Part shown: positions 12,801 through 23,794 of the stretch, piece after piece
Position numbering within the stretch: the first letter of the stretch is position 1
Layout of the letters: every line of letters begins with the position of its first letter
Notes under the pieces: model-generated
Databases searched by the model: none
The model's input: the letters and a program-made list of their open reading frames with translations, nothing else
What the model was told of the DNA's origin: nothing
Assembly: GCF_000400465.1 (NCBI RefSeq)
Contig: NW_008806281.1
Span: 360,001-392,000, forward strand
Direction of reading: 5' to 3'
Origin: Wallemia ichthyophaga EXF-994
Lineage: Eukaryota; Fungi; Basidiomycota
Length of the DNA: 32,000 nucleotides
Made by a program: the position numbers and the translations under genes

Positions 12801-13752
12801 TCTTTGCAAACTGGCGTGGTTTCTCTGGTGGTCAACAGGATATGCTTGACGCCATTCTTAAGGAGGGTTCCAAGGTGAGTTAGATAATCTTCAAACATCT
12901 TATTATTGACATGGGATTGTAGATTGTTGATGGTCTCTCATCTTACAAGCAACCTATCTTCGTATACGTTCTTCCAAATGGTGAACTCAGGGGTGGTGCT
13001 TGGGTTGTCCTTGATCCATCCATAAACAAGCCAATGATGGAGATGTACGCAGACCCTTGGGCCCGTGCTGGTGTTCTTGGTAAGTCTTGATGAGGTTACT
13101 GTGAAACACATCTAACGACATTACAGAACCAGAAGGTATTGTCGAGATCAAGTACCGTCGTGACAAGGTTCTCTCCACCATGAACAGACTCGATTCAGAA
13201 TATGCACGTCTGAAGAAAGAAACCGAGGACGTATCAAAGTCAGCTGAAGATCGTACGCTTTCCTCTGAGGCATTATTGATGCGTGAAAAGGACCTTTACC
13301 CTACCTACCAACAAATTGCAATCTTATATTCAGACTTACACGACAGAGTTGGTAGATTATCAGCAAAGGGTTGCGCATCTCCTTGTGAATGGTTGGAATC
13401 TAGGAGATACTTCTACAAGCGTCTGAGAAGAAGATTGGATGAAGAAGCAATCATCAACAGATTGGGCAAAGCTAACCCATTGATGGACAGGTCAGCTAGA
13501 CTTTCAATCCTATACAACATCTACTCTCAGAAGAATGTCGACCTTGATGACGACTCGAACATTGCATTATTCATTGAACGTGAAAGACAAGCTATTGATG
13601 AGATTGTCCAACTGGTCCACTCACGTTACATCGAAGCACAAATTTCTCAATTCTCTGCAGTCAACAGGCAAGGTACTTTGGAGGGTATTGCTAAACTCAT
13701 GGACACACTTTCAGCGGAAGAGCGTGCTTCTCTTTCTAAATTATTAACTTAA
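6827..13752 (+). CDS. ACC1: Acetyl-CoA carboxylase (multidomain BC-BCCP-CT), 7 exons
   Basis: KVLIANNG|[30 protein letters not shown], biotinylation motif EIE|[12 protein letters not shown] (position of the Snf1/AMPK site), CT motifs GTTYVYDFP and [13 protein letters not shown]. Six short GT-AG introns start near 6951, 7250, 9038, 10180, 12876 and 13081. Confidence 0.98.
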
Positions 13753-13948
13753 ATTAATTCGTAATAAGTTGGAGTTGTTCTTGTTTGATGTTTCATTCTT
13801 GGTTTATTTTCTATCTTTTGTTTTATTTAGCATATGAATATTCTTTTTAATTTTCATTGTTATTACTCTGTACATTCTTGTCATATGATGATAGCCTCAA
13901 GTTGTCTCATGTGCAGTCTTAAAATCACCATATGAGATGAGATAGGTG

Positions 13949-14197
13949 TTAGTCAAGAAATTCAACTCGATCGATATTCAGTGGAGGGTTGAGACGGGGA
14001 TGATTTTGGAATGCTGTGAATGCCGCCACGAGAGCGGTGGTACCGCTATATTCTTCAATTTTTCAGTACATAGTATCCTTCATTCGTCTTTTCAATTACC
14101 TGGTCATTTGTAGGGTGCCTTGAGCAGAAATGATCCAAACGAATAAGACACACAGCTTAAAGCTTCCTGTCATCTTGTATACTTCACTTGACGTCAT
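13949..14197 (-). CDS. Putative spliced micro-ORF (64 aa, or 46 aa if both intron candidates are removed)
   Basis: ATG 14197, intron GTAATT...TACTGAA...ATAG at 14099-14046 and TAA 13949 give MTSSEVYKMTGSFKLCVLFVWIISAQGTLQMTSGTTALVAAFTAFQNHPRLNPPLNIDRVEFLD. CA-rich leader upstream. No homology recognised. Confidence 0.3.
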
Positions 14198-14648
14198 TAA
14201 ATATGTAGATACGAGTCCCAGATTGAGTGTTTGTGGGTGTAAATGGGATAAATGACTTCAGTAATATATCCAAGCCCTCAGAAATGTGCTTAATACGTGT
14301 ATTGAATATCCTTTACTTATTTGTTACTCAGCAATTTTGCGACTAAGTGAACGTAACAACGATAAAGAAAGACCAAATGAATCAATGAAATTAGAGCACA
14401 AAAATCCATATAAAGCCCGGGAAGATGTAAGAGATGATTGGGATATCGATTTGCGCGGTAACTGCATGTAATTCCTTTCATCTACGCTATACTTATGACA
14501 GAAACAGGCGTGCTGTCGCATCTCGCGCCCTTGAGTCGAGAAGAATGATTAAAAGTATTAATGTATCATTTAGACAAGGAAAATTAATGTTACAGTATTT
14601 TGTGTACGAGCAATAGGTGAAACTACGAAGACTAAAAGTCTAAAATAT

Positions 14649-17600
14649 CTAGATAAAATTATCCTCATGCGTACTCATTGCTTCATTACAAGCAACGATG
14701 CTTATTTGGCCATCAGCGCTGCCCATACCAACTAACATTTCATTTGGATGGAAATTGAGACTCGAGACTGATGGATTGAACGGCAGAGCTTTTGCTGGTG
14801 GTGCCAATGGTCTTGATGATATAGTTCTGCCTCTTGGGAGTATACCCTCTGAGTCTACTTTCCATAGCTTGACTGTTTGTGTTCTTATACCACTGCTGTT
14901 GAACTCTGGCATCGACGATCTTGGACGCCTGTTAGATTACGCGAGATAACAAACTCAAGACTCACGTTGCCAGGACACTTGCATGCTCGTGCATATCGAT
15001 GCATGACATACCCTCTCTATGTGCATCCACCCTAGAAATAGAAGCCTGCGCTCGGATATCCCAGAGCCGAATATCACCATCGATACTGTTTAAATTAAGT
15101 ATATGCGTATCATTTCACTGCAACAGTCTCTTACCTTCCACTAGCAAGTTCTCTGTTTCCACCTCTTTGCAGATGGATGTTTTGAACCCAGCTCAAGTGC
15201 TCTCTGTAGTGAGCGACACACGAGTTGCGCGAGTCCTCTCTACGATCATAAACTCTAACTGTACCATCACCGAATCCAGCAATAACAATGTTGCCCATAT
15301 CTTGATCTGATGTGATAGCAGTGAGACAGCTCTGAGCAGTTGTGGGAATATCCTATAGGTATGTAGTCAGCAAGCAATCAAGCAAGTGCAAATCACTTAC
15401 AGAGTGAAACAGCTCCCTTTGCGAGTCCCAACATCTGATTACTCGTGAGTCACCACCAACGAGGAGATGTCCGGTCGCTTGTTGCCAATCAGCGACCAAT
15501 CCAGAGGGATGCCTAGATGGAACCATCTCACTGTTGGCCTTAAACGACGTCGCCAACTCTGCACCTCCTGGTGTGCTGTAATTTCTGAATACACGCACCA
15601 TACCTTCAGCACTGGCGGTGAGCAGCAAAGCTTGATCGTCCTCATTTATCAGCTTCACAGTGGTAATGTTGCTGCCCCATGGATTCCCGTTACTAAATCT
15701 GTTCAACCTTACGCCCTCTTTCCAGTCCCAGATAGAGATGGCGTCATGAGGATCAGCAGTAATTAACTGCGGCTCAAACTGATGGAAATTTAATTTCACT
15801 GGGAAATAGTGCTCTTGAATGTTAATGATGTTTTCCCTCCATTCACTTCGAGTCGCTACTTCAGCCTGCGTTTGTGTATCTATCACTACTTTTTCGTTTC
15901 GTTGCCGACGCCACATCTGTTCATTGTACTTCTCGCTACCGGGCTCTTCAGCTTCGGGGTTCTTGAGAGTGTAAGTCAGCAAAAAATCGTCTAAATCATC
16001 TGACTTACGCGCATCTGAGGCTCCGTGAAATACTCACAGCACCAGTCAAACAGTCTACTCTTCAATGGCAATATTATACCCATCTGAGCTTGAAGCTCTT
16101 TTCTAAACGGCGTAACCGGTATATCGGCATGACTAGATGCTTGTGTTGACGGATGAAACTTTCCACCGTTCGTTTTCTCCTTACGCCTTCTCAATCTATA
16201 TTCGTCCTCGTCAAGTAACATTGTGACAGCGTCAAAGACATTCATAGTCTCTTCATTGTATGCCTCATAGCCACCATTATGATGATCGTGATCATTTCCG
16301 TTAACACCATGCTCCAATATATTAGGTGATGGTGTCCTTGGTGGTGTATGGGCCATTTGACCAGCTCGACTTGCCTCTGCATTTACATCACTTGACTCGC
16401 TTTCGGGTTTGATTTTTGTAATTTGTTGAGGAACATAAGGTGAGTGGTAAAGTGCATGGTTAAAATGAGGTGACGGGTGATCTTCTTCAGGTTCTTCGTT
16501 GCCTCTGTTGAGACTTGTGAGATTGGTTAATGAAGGAAGAGATGTCAATTTGTTGAGGGCAGCTGTAAATGAGCCAGATGATTTTAGCGGTGGGGCGTTC
16601 TTCATACTCTTTACATTCGGATTCTTAGCGAACTGCGTAAGATTGGGGGCTGTTGCTGTACGTGCTGGAGAGGTTGGTTGGCTCTTAACCTTACTTGTAG
16701 CTGCACTTTGCGTCGCTTCCGCTTCAGTACCAAAATCTTGTTTAACTGGAGGTATATGAGACAGAGCCGAATCTTCAGAGTCGGCCAATGGTGACTCAAT
16801 GAGTAAAGCATGAATAAAGTCGACAACTGTGCAGGCATGCGAGCCAACCTCTGGATATGGATCTACTGTCATGTCCAATAAGGCCATATAAAGAGCCGTG
16901 AAATCATCTAACAGCTTATCACCAAGCTTTTCCCCTTGATGTTCGTAAATAGCTTCCTTAACAACAGTAAGTGATGGCTTGTATGGGTTTCCAATTAATC
17001 GAGCTTCGTCACGCTTTTCACAAACGTAATAAGCGTAGGCAGCAACACTGAACCAGCCTTGCCACTCGCGAACGAAAGCGGACCAGAATATAACTAACTC
17101 TTTCCTAACCATAGGTGATGCATCTTCTTTAGCAGCTAACACAGCAGTTGCCAAGTGAACTTCGAAAGTGAAATGCTCTAGGCTTGAAATACCAGGAAGA
17201 GGGCCTGTACCACCACCTCCGAGTCTGGGTACTTCACCAGGCTGGAGCTTGTTTACGTCTTTCCATACGCTGCCTGAAGCACCCATGAAAGTACCCAATG
17301 CGAACATGACTGCAGATCTAACCTCTGGTGAAATGTCATTCAACATCAAGCATAATCTGTCGGTCGCGCTTTCCCTCAAAGCTAATGCTCTACCTTCGTC
17401 ATTTCCATCCCAGAGTTGACCAAGCATGAGAGCGCACCATTGTCTCAACAAATAGTCCTCATCATTTAAATGCGAAAGAACCATTTCAAATACTCCAGAA
17501 TTAAAGCAAGCCATTTGACCTGGTTTAAAATCTCTGCAAAACAACGACAAAATGAATGCACACATGGCCCTGTGCTCAGATACGTTTGATATTTGTAAAC

Positions 17601-19504
17601 CACCATCGTCCTGGAAAGGTGATAGTACTCTAGCAAAGTAAGCAAAGCCATTGTCCTTCAACAGATCATTTTGGCAGCTTCTGTCAACTGCACATATACG
17701 AGTCCAGATATAGATAAGCAGGGGTTTGAGTTCAGGAACGGGCGAAAGGAGCAGCTTCTGAACGTATGGAAAAATGCCAATTGAAAGGGTTAAATTGACC
17801 GCCCATGGACCTAAATCAAGGAAATGGGACAGTAACACAAGTGCTCGCAATCTATGAGCCTGTGAAAGTAAGACTTGCAATACTATCGGCAACTGGTCTG
17901 GAGGTTTACGAGGCGGGTTGTAATCTTTGCGCTTGACAGGATCCCAGGTGGCAGGCATTGAACGAGGGGCGGTGGCTGGTCCCGAACTGCTCGATAAACC
18001 CCTACTGAGCCACACCTCAAAGGCTGTTAACTGATCTTGAAAGAAGGACGACTGCTTGTAATGTACCAGGTTTGCCTTCTTCAGTTCTATCGCAGCTTGA
18101 TCATTGTATTGTGCTTCTCTAGTTAATTTTTCTTGATTCAATAATGCTGGCAATTGTGAAAGACAGCCATCGACAGCTAAGTCCCAGCTTTGCCACAATG
18201 GGTGATCGTATGTTGGTGGTAAGACTGGGTGAGACATTGGTGTACAGTGATAATTTCGCATAACACGCTCAGCCAAAAGGAAATTTCGAAAAAGTGCAGC
18301 GACCATCAAGTCCTGTCTAAAAAGTCTTTTGAAAGTCTCTCTTGGAAAAGTAGTCCAAGCTATTGTGTCAGTGACAGCAGTGAAAATCCAATTGAGCTCG
18401 CCTAAAGGTGATTTACGTAATTTCAATTCACCAGGTATCTTCAAACAAAGATCGAGGTCGGGTTTTGTTGATAAAGGATCTTGTAGTAAGAAGAAGCGAA
18501 CAGCCATCTCTATTGGGGATGAAAGACATGAAGTGAACAAATCGGCAGGTAATTCGGGAGTCATAGGAAGCATTTCGTCCGAAGAGCAAGCAGCCATATG
18601 AATTGAGTCACCTAGTGGGGCAAAGAAGACAGGGGGAGTATCAGGTCTACCATCAACAGAAGCAGGGAAAGGGGAGGTAGGCATAGTGTGAGCCATATTA
18701 TTAGCAGCAGCCATTTGTTTGGTTGATTCATGTGCAGCTCGAATATCATCGTCCCTCCTTTCGCCGAATTTGACAAAAGAATTGAGAATATTTCCGGCAC
18801 ATGAGCAATCCCAGATATAGATACCAGGACTGCCAATGAAGGACTGTATATCGAAAACCGATAAAGGGATATACTGAGTGTAGTTTCTGTTAAAGACCCA
18901 AATTTCACCGCTAGCTGTGGGCTTTGGGACGCCATGACCGTTATAGTAAAAAGCGACACGTTCTTCTTTAGCATTTCGACGAAGACTTGCGCAGAGCTTT
19001 CTCATTTCTTCGACAGAGGGGTCCAGGTACTGTTTAACACGTGTACGCTGTGATAGGCTTTCGAAACGTTGCTGTAAGTTACGACCAATAGTTTCAATGG
19101 CTTTAGTGGGTGGCATATGACTTGGATCAACCCAGGTTTCAAGGACAGCGCAGGGCTCAGTCTTAACGACATCCGGAGGATCAACGCCGAGATTTAAGCA
19201 GAGAACTATTGCGCAACTGATAGTTTTAAGGCGCTCTTTGAGCCTCCAATCGGGATCGGGTGGATCGTCAGGGTATGGATTTCCACCAGTGAAATGCCTA
19301 TTAGAAACAAAGTAAGGGAGGAGTGGGTATGATTCGTTGTAGTCGTGGGGTGTGAAGGGATCCCCAAAGCCGTGTCTAGTATGGGTTAGCTAGTTTAATG
19401 AAATAACCCAGATAAACTAACCTAGGGCCATTCAAATTAAAATCATGATTAGAAATTTCATCTAAATTATTCGAACTTATTGTTTCATCACTCGCCATCG
19501 CCAT
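14649..19504 (-). CDS. KOG1: Raptor / Kog1 / Mip1, TORC1 subunit (5 exons)
   Basis: RNC domain (DWRLKERLKTISCAIVLCLNLGVDPPDVVKT, FYYNGHGVPKPTASGEIWVFN, LPADLFTSCL), HEAT repeats (LLSQAHRLRALVLL, WAVNLTLSIGIFPYVQKLL) and C-terminal WD40 repeats. A first exon at 19504-19423 is required to supply a Met. Confidence 0.95.
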
Positions 19505-19537
19505 TTCAGCGTTGGACGTTGCAGCTCAAGAACTATT

Positions 19538-21435
19538 ATGTCAGACGATGAAGATGTGAGTGTTGTGTACTTTATTTGCTGTTACTGATTTTATTTCTCC
19601 AGTTCCTGATGGACGAGGGCGATGAGGTGCGTCTAACTCTATCAAACGACGCACACGCTTACTTATACTAGGAATACGATTTCGATTATGAGGACGATGA
19701 CGATGACGACGTTGAGCAAGGCGAGGCCGGTTTAGAGAATAAATATTATCTGGCCAAGGGTAATTGATATATTGATGTTTATTAGGTCATCTAATAATCT
19801 TATTCAGGTAAGAAAGAGGATAATCTAGATCAGGCTATTTTAGACTTCAAGTCTATTGTTGAAATTGAACACGACAAAGGCGATTGGGGTTTCAAAGCCT
19901 TGAAGCAGCGTACGTGGCCTAATATCCACCAGCCACCCACACTAACCCGACGTATTAAGTCACAAAGATTCATTTCCTTAAGCTCAGGCAATTCCCACAA
20001 GCCCTTGATTTCTACAATCAGCTCCTCACTTATACAAAGAGCGCCGTTACGCGTAACTACTCTGAAAAGTCTATCAATGGCATCCTCGACTATGTCTCTT
20101 CAGATAGAGCCAGCGATCAGTCGCTTGACCTTGAACTTATGGAGAAATTCTATTCCGTCACCATGAAAACACTCGCTGAAATGAAGAATGAGAGACTAAG
20201 CGTTAAAACTAACCTCAAACTCGCTAAACTTTGGCTTGATAGAAGAGAGTACTCTCGCTTAGATGCCGTATGTTTTCACTCTCTTTGTTTTCACTTGACT
20301 CACTCTCCCTCAAGACCCTCAAAGAACTTCGCTTATCTTGTCAGAGTGCTGATGGCAAAGACGATCAATCTAAAGGCAGCTTACTCCTTGAAATTTTCGC
20401 CCTCGAGATACAAATGTATTCCCAAACAAATGATACCAAGAAGTTGAGAGTGAGTAGTACATATGACATCACTATCCTCCTTATCTCTTCATAGGAAATC
20501 TATAATCAAACTTCGACTGTTACCTCAGCTATCTCTCACCCTCGAGTTATGGGTATCATTAAAGAGTGCGGCGGTAAGATGCATATGAACGAAAGTGAGT
20601 TACTTTATTCACTGTCCCCCCCATCAAGCTGACGCTCAACAGAAAGCTGGGAAAAGGCCCAAACAGATTTCTTTGAAAGTTTCAGAAGCTACGATGAAGC
20701 TGGTTCTATGCAGCGTATTCAAGTTTTAAAATACCTTGTCCTTGCACATATGCTTATGAACTCTGAGATTGATCCTTTCGACTCTCAAGAAACTAAGCCG
20801 TAAGTTGTTTAACCAGTTGAAATCCTCTAACATATTGTGTTAGATACAAAGAGAATGTTGAAATATTACCTATGACGCAACTTGTTTCGGCCTATCAGCA
20901 CAAAGAAGTACACCAAGCCGAACGAATCATCGCCAAGAATCGCAAGATTATTATGGAGGATACCTTCATTAGTCACTTTATTGACGATGTCATGCGCGCA
21001 CTCAGAATCACCTATCTTGTTGATCTCATCAAGCCTTATCAGAGATTAGAACTGAGTTTTATTGCAAAAGTAGGTGCTCTCAAAACCTTAAACCGCACTA
21101 ACACTAACACTACGATTAGCAACTGAATGTCACTCTCAACCAAGTCGAAGACTTGCTCATCGAACTCATTCTTGATGACAAGATTCAAGGTTCAATTGAC
21201 TCTGTCAATCAGCGGCTAGAAATAGACAGAGAGTGAGTATTTGACTTGGTATCTCAGCTTTTACTCACAGATTAGCCCTCAACTCGAGAGAAGAAGGTAC
21301 ACTGAGCTGACTAATTGGACCAACGAGATGGAGAAGATGCACGATATGCTCATCAGTAAGCTCTCCAATGTCAATGGTAACAACTTTTCCAGTAGCTCAA
21401 GCCGTATGATGAACCCAATGATGCAAGATGGTTAA
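19538..21435 (+). CDS. CSN2: COP9 signalosome subunit 2 (PCI domain), about 11 exons
   Basis: Spliced product MSDDED|FLMDEGDE|EYDFDYEDD...[81 protein letters not shown]. Confidence 0.93.
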
Positions 21436-21530
21436 ACTACTTTAGTCCATACTGAATTAAGACTCTATGAATAAATAATGAATGCATTGTGTAAATTTAG
21501 ATCCCAAGTAGTCCAATGTTCTTTGTCCCT

Positions 21531-22460
21531 TCATCCAAGTGGAATAACATTGGCACCTGAAGGTTTATAAGTGCTCTTCTTGCTAGTGTTATTACTATCA
21601 TTTTGTGTTTTCTGGGAGGGTGCAGGCTTAGCTTTTGGAGCAACACCAGAAGTGGTAGAGTCTCTTTGCTTTCCACCTTGTTCTGCCATTTCCGTCTTGT
21701 GAGCTTCTTTAGCTGGACCAATCTTCTTGTTGTATGTTTTTGCTCGTTGCGTGTCAAGATCTGCGTTGCGAGCATTGATCTTTTGCAGTCTATTCTTAGA
21801 TTTACCACCGCCGCCTGCACTTAGCTCTACATTTATACTACGTTTACCAAGGTGTGTGTGGTGATATTTAAGCGCCTTTTGTAAAGCATCAACTGTGTCC
21901 CATTCTAAGAAGGCTGCGCCTTTAGATTTAGCCTGCCATTTCCCATCTTCTCTCGTTCTATTAGTTAACAATCGTACTTCAGGCACTTGACCGCACTTAT
22001 TGAAGTGCTTTATGATCCCTTCAACGGTTATATCGAATGGTAAATTTCCAACAAAAGTGATAAACCTAGCTTCACCACCTTTACGCTTCTTCTTTGCATT
22101 TTTGGCAGCTTCAGAGAGAGCATCCTTCTTCACAAATCCGGGTATTTCTTCACTAGCCTGCTGCTCCTTGTGCTCCTCTTCATCCTCATCTCTCTTACGC
22201 TTCTTGTGCTTTTTATCACTATCTGCTTTCTCAATCTTCTTCTGCTCCTTTGCTGCTTTCTTAGCTTGTTTGTCATCATCTATAGGCGCATATGCCTCCT
22301 CTTCCGCCCTAGCATTTGCCTTAGTTGACTGTACTTCATCAACTGGAATATCTTCTTCAGGGAGATCCACTTGCTCGTCTTCTTTTGATGATTTCTTACT
22401 TTTCAATTTCTGCCTCGCTTCTTGTGCCTTTCTTTGCTTTTTGCTCAGCTTTCCGTCCAT
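21531..22460 (-). CDS. NOP6: Nucleolar RRM protein, Nop6-like
   Basis: Lys/Glu-rich N-terminus followed by an RRM (RFITFVGNLPFD...KGAAFLEW) and INVELSAGGGGKSKNRLQKI, matching the yeast Nop6 pattern as I recall it. Confidence 0.75.
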   Translation of the reverse strand: MDGKLSKKQRKAQEARQKLKSKKSSKEDEQVDLPEEDIPVDEVQSTKANARAEEEAYAPIDDDKQAKKAAKEQKKIEKADSDKKHKKRKRDEDEEEHKEQQASEEIPGFVKKDALSEAAKNAKKKRKGGEARFITFVGNLPFDITVEGIIKHFNKCGQVPEVRLLTNRTREDGKWQAKSKGAAFLEWDTVDALQKALKYHHTHLGKRSINVELSAGGGGKSKNRLQKINARNADLDTQRAKTYNKKIGPAKEAHKTEMAEQGGKQRDSTTSGVAPKAKPAPSQKTQNDSNNTSKKSTYKPSGANVIPLG

Positions 22461-22768
22461 ATCGTTGTTAGATAGCTAGATACGAGTGATAGAGTCGACG
22501 AAAGAGAATTTACTTGGAAAATTGAAAACGTTTAGATATTTCTAAAGTATTTTCCTGTAATTGGCTACTTTAAAACATGATATTGCATACTCATCGCCGC
22601 TACTCGGTGAATACTTCGAAACCCGGATTCTTCAATTCGTCAAAATTACTTCTTGGCGCAACTTTTTAAAGGATAGGGATTTAAGGGGCTAAGAAATTCA
22701 AGAATGGTCTTTTAAAATGCAGTGGATCATAAACATTATAGTTGTAGTGATAAAGAGTCCATCATCAA

Positions 22769-22839
22769 GCATTAATGGGGTAGTGGTAACCTCGATCGTT
22801 GCCATCGATCGGCCCCCGGTTCAATTCCGGGTTAATGCA
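22769..22839 (+). tRNA. tRNA-Gly(GCC), intronless, 71 nt
   Basis: Acceptor stem GCATTAA/TTAATGC, D arm GGGT-AGTGGTA-ACCT, anticodon stem GATCG/CGATC with loop TT-GCC-AT (anticodon 22801-22803), T arm CCCGG-TTCAATT-CCGGG, discriminator A. Confidence 0.97.
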
Positions 22840-23529
22840 TTATTTCCTCCTGATCGGACTCATCTAATATATTTTTCTACTTCAGTATTTCGAATTAGAC
22901 ATTAAATTTTATCATCTTTTTAAAGCAGTGTCACGTTCATTTGTACTGGTACTCTTTAGCTGTAACGGAAATTGTTGGTTCAGATCTTCGGTTAACCTTG
23001 AAGGCTTTTTGAATCTGAAAGCATCTCTACTTATCGTCAAAAACCGCCAGAAACAATCTGTGGAGATTAGAACGGCCCACTGTTCTACCCTAGCACACAA
23101 TTCCTCAAACGACACAAACCAATAAAAACTTAAAATAATGAGTTAAATCACATAAGTAAATCAAATCTACAATCATAAATGGCCTCAGAAAACACTCCAA
23201 GTCCCTCACGACAAACAACGTCAAGACATTGAAATCAACGTCGACAATCAGTTTGCGTGCACGTCATCGAGAGGCTGGCAGCAAGCCACCACCTCAGAGG
23301 TTCTCGGTGAAAAGGGAAGGAGGTTACTAGTCATCGTCGAGCCAATGATAAAGTGGCAGAATTAAATCTGCGATAGACTGGATACGACCTATAGAATATG
23401 ATCCTTTGGAGTACCTGGAATGCCGTGTAAGCTTTACTACAATACTGACTTAGATGTTGACTAACCGTCTTAAAGAATCAGGCCTGTGGGCTGCTCAGTT
23501 TTTATAAGCCGTAACCCTAGCGTGCAAAA

Positions 23530-23585
23530 TTGTAAAAATGTAAAATGTGAACATAAAGAAGAAAATGTGACAATGTGAAATGTGT
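23530..23585. repeat. Short degenerate AATGT(G) repeat cluster (5 copies in about 55 bp)
   Basis: tgtaaaAATGTaaAATGTGaacataaagaagaaAATGTGacAATGTGaAATGTGtatg, read directly. Confidence 0.6.
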
Positions 23586-23794
23586 ATGCGTGTGTAGGCA
23601 TTCATGCACATTCGCAAACTGCTAGTGCGAATTCTTTGCAAGTCCAAAGATTTGCTATGCAATGTTCGATGCTGGGCAATGCGAATTGGGTACATATGTA
23701 TGCAAAAGTTGGCAAACAGCCGATGAATCAATATGCAGTACTTATATCTTTTATTAATGCCTTGTATTAACGTATGCTACATTGCTCAACTAAA

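Noticed and set aside
19761-19815. CAG|GTAAGA at a CSN2 acceptor, resembling a recursive splice site
   Set aside because: The GTAAGA bases are needed as coding sequence (G-K-K) and no downstream partner acceptor is evident.
22000-22479. 159-aa antisense ORF over NOP6, and the many other overlapping ORFs inside ACC1, Raptor, BRAP2 and MET2
   Set aside because: These are shadow frames of real genes with biased codon composition and no recognisable motifs.
22840-22876. tRNA-Gly lacks an immediate T-run terminator, suggesting a possible dicistronic Pol III RNA
   Set aside because: A T5 run occurs about 33 nt downstream, leaving too little sequence for a second RNA.
23248-23337. Minus-strand C/D-like arrangement (CGATGA...CTGA...CGATGA...CTGA)
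   Set aside because: Box C lacks the conserved U, the k-turn stem does not pair, and the rRNA-like match is too far from box D'.
23390-23515. ECRACG...FYK resemblance to RNA polymerase subunit Rpb12
   Set aside because: Only one CxxC is present. The first zinc-binding pair and the conserved C-terminus are missing.
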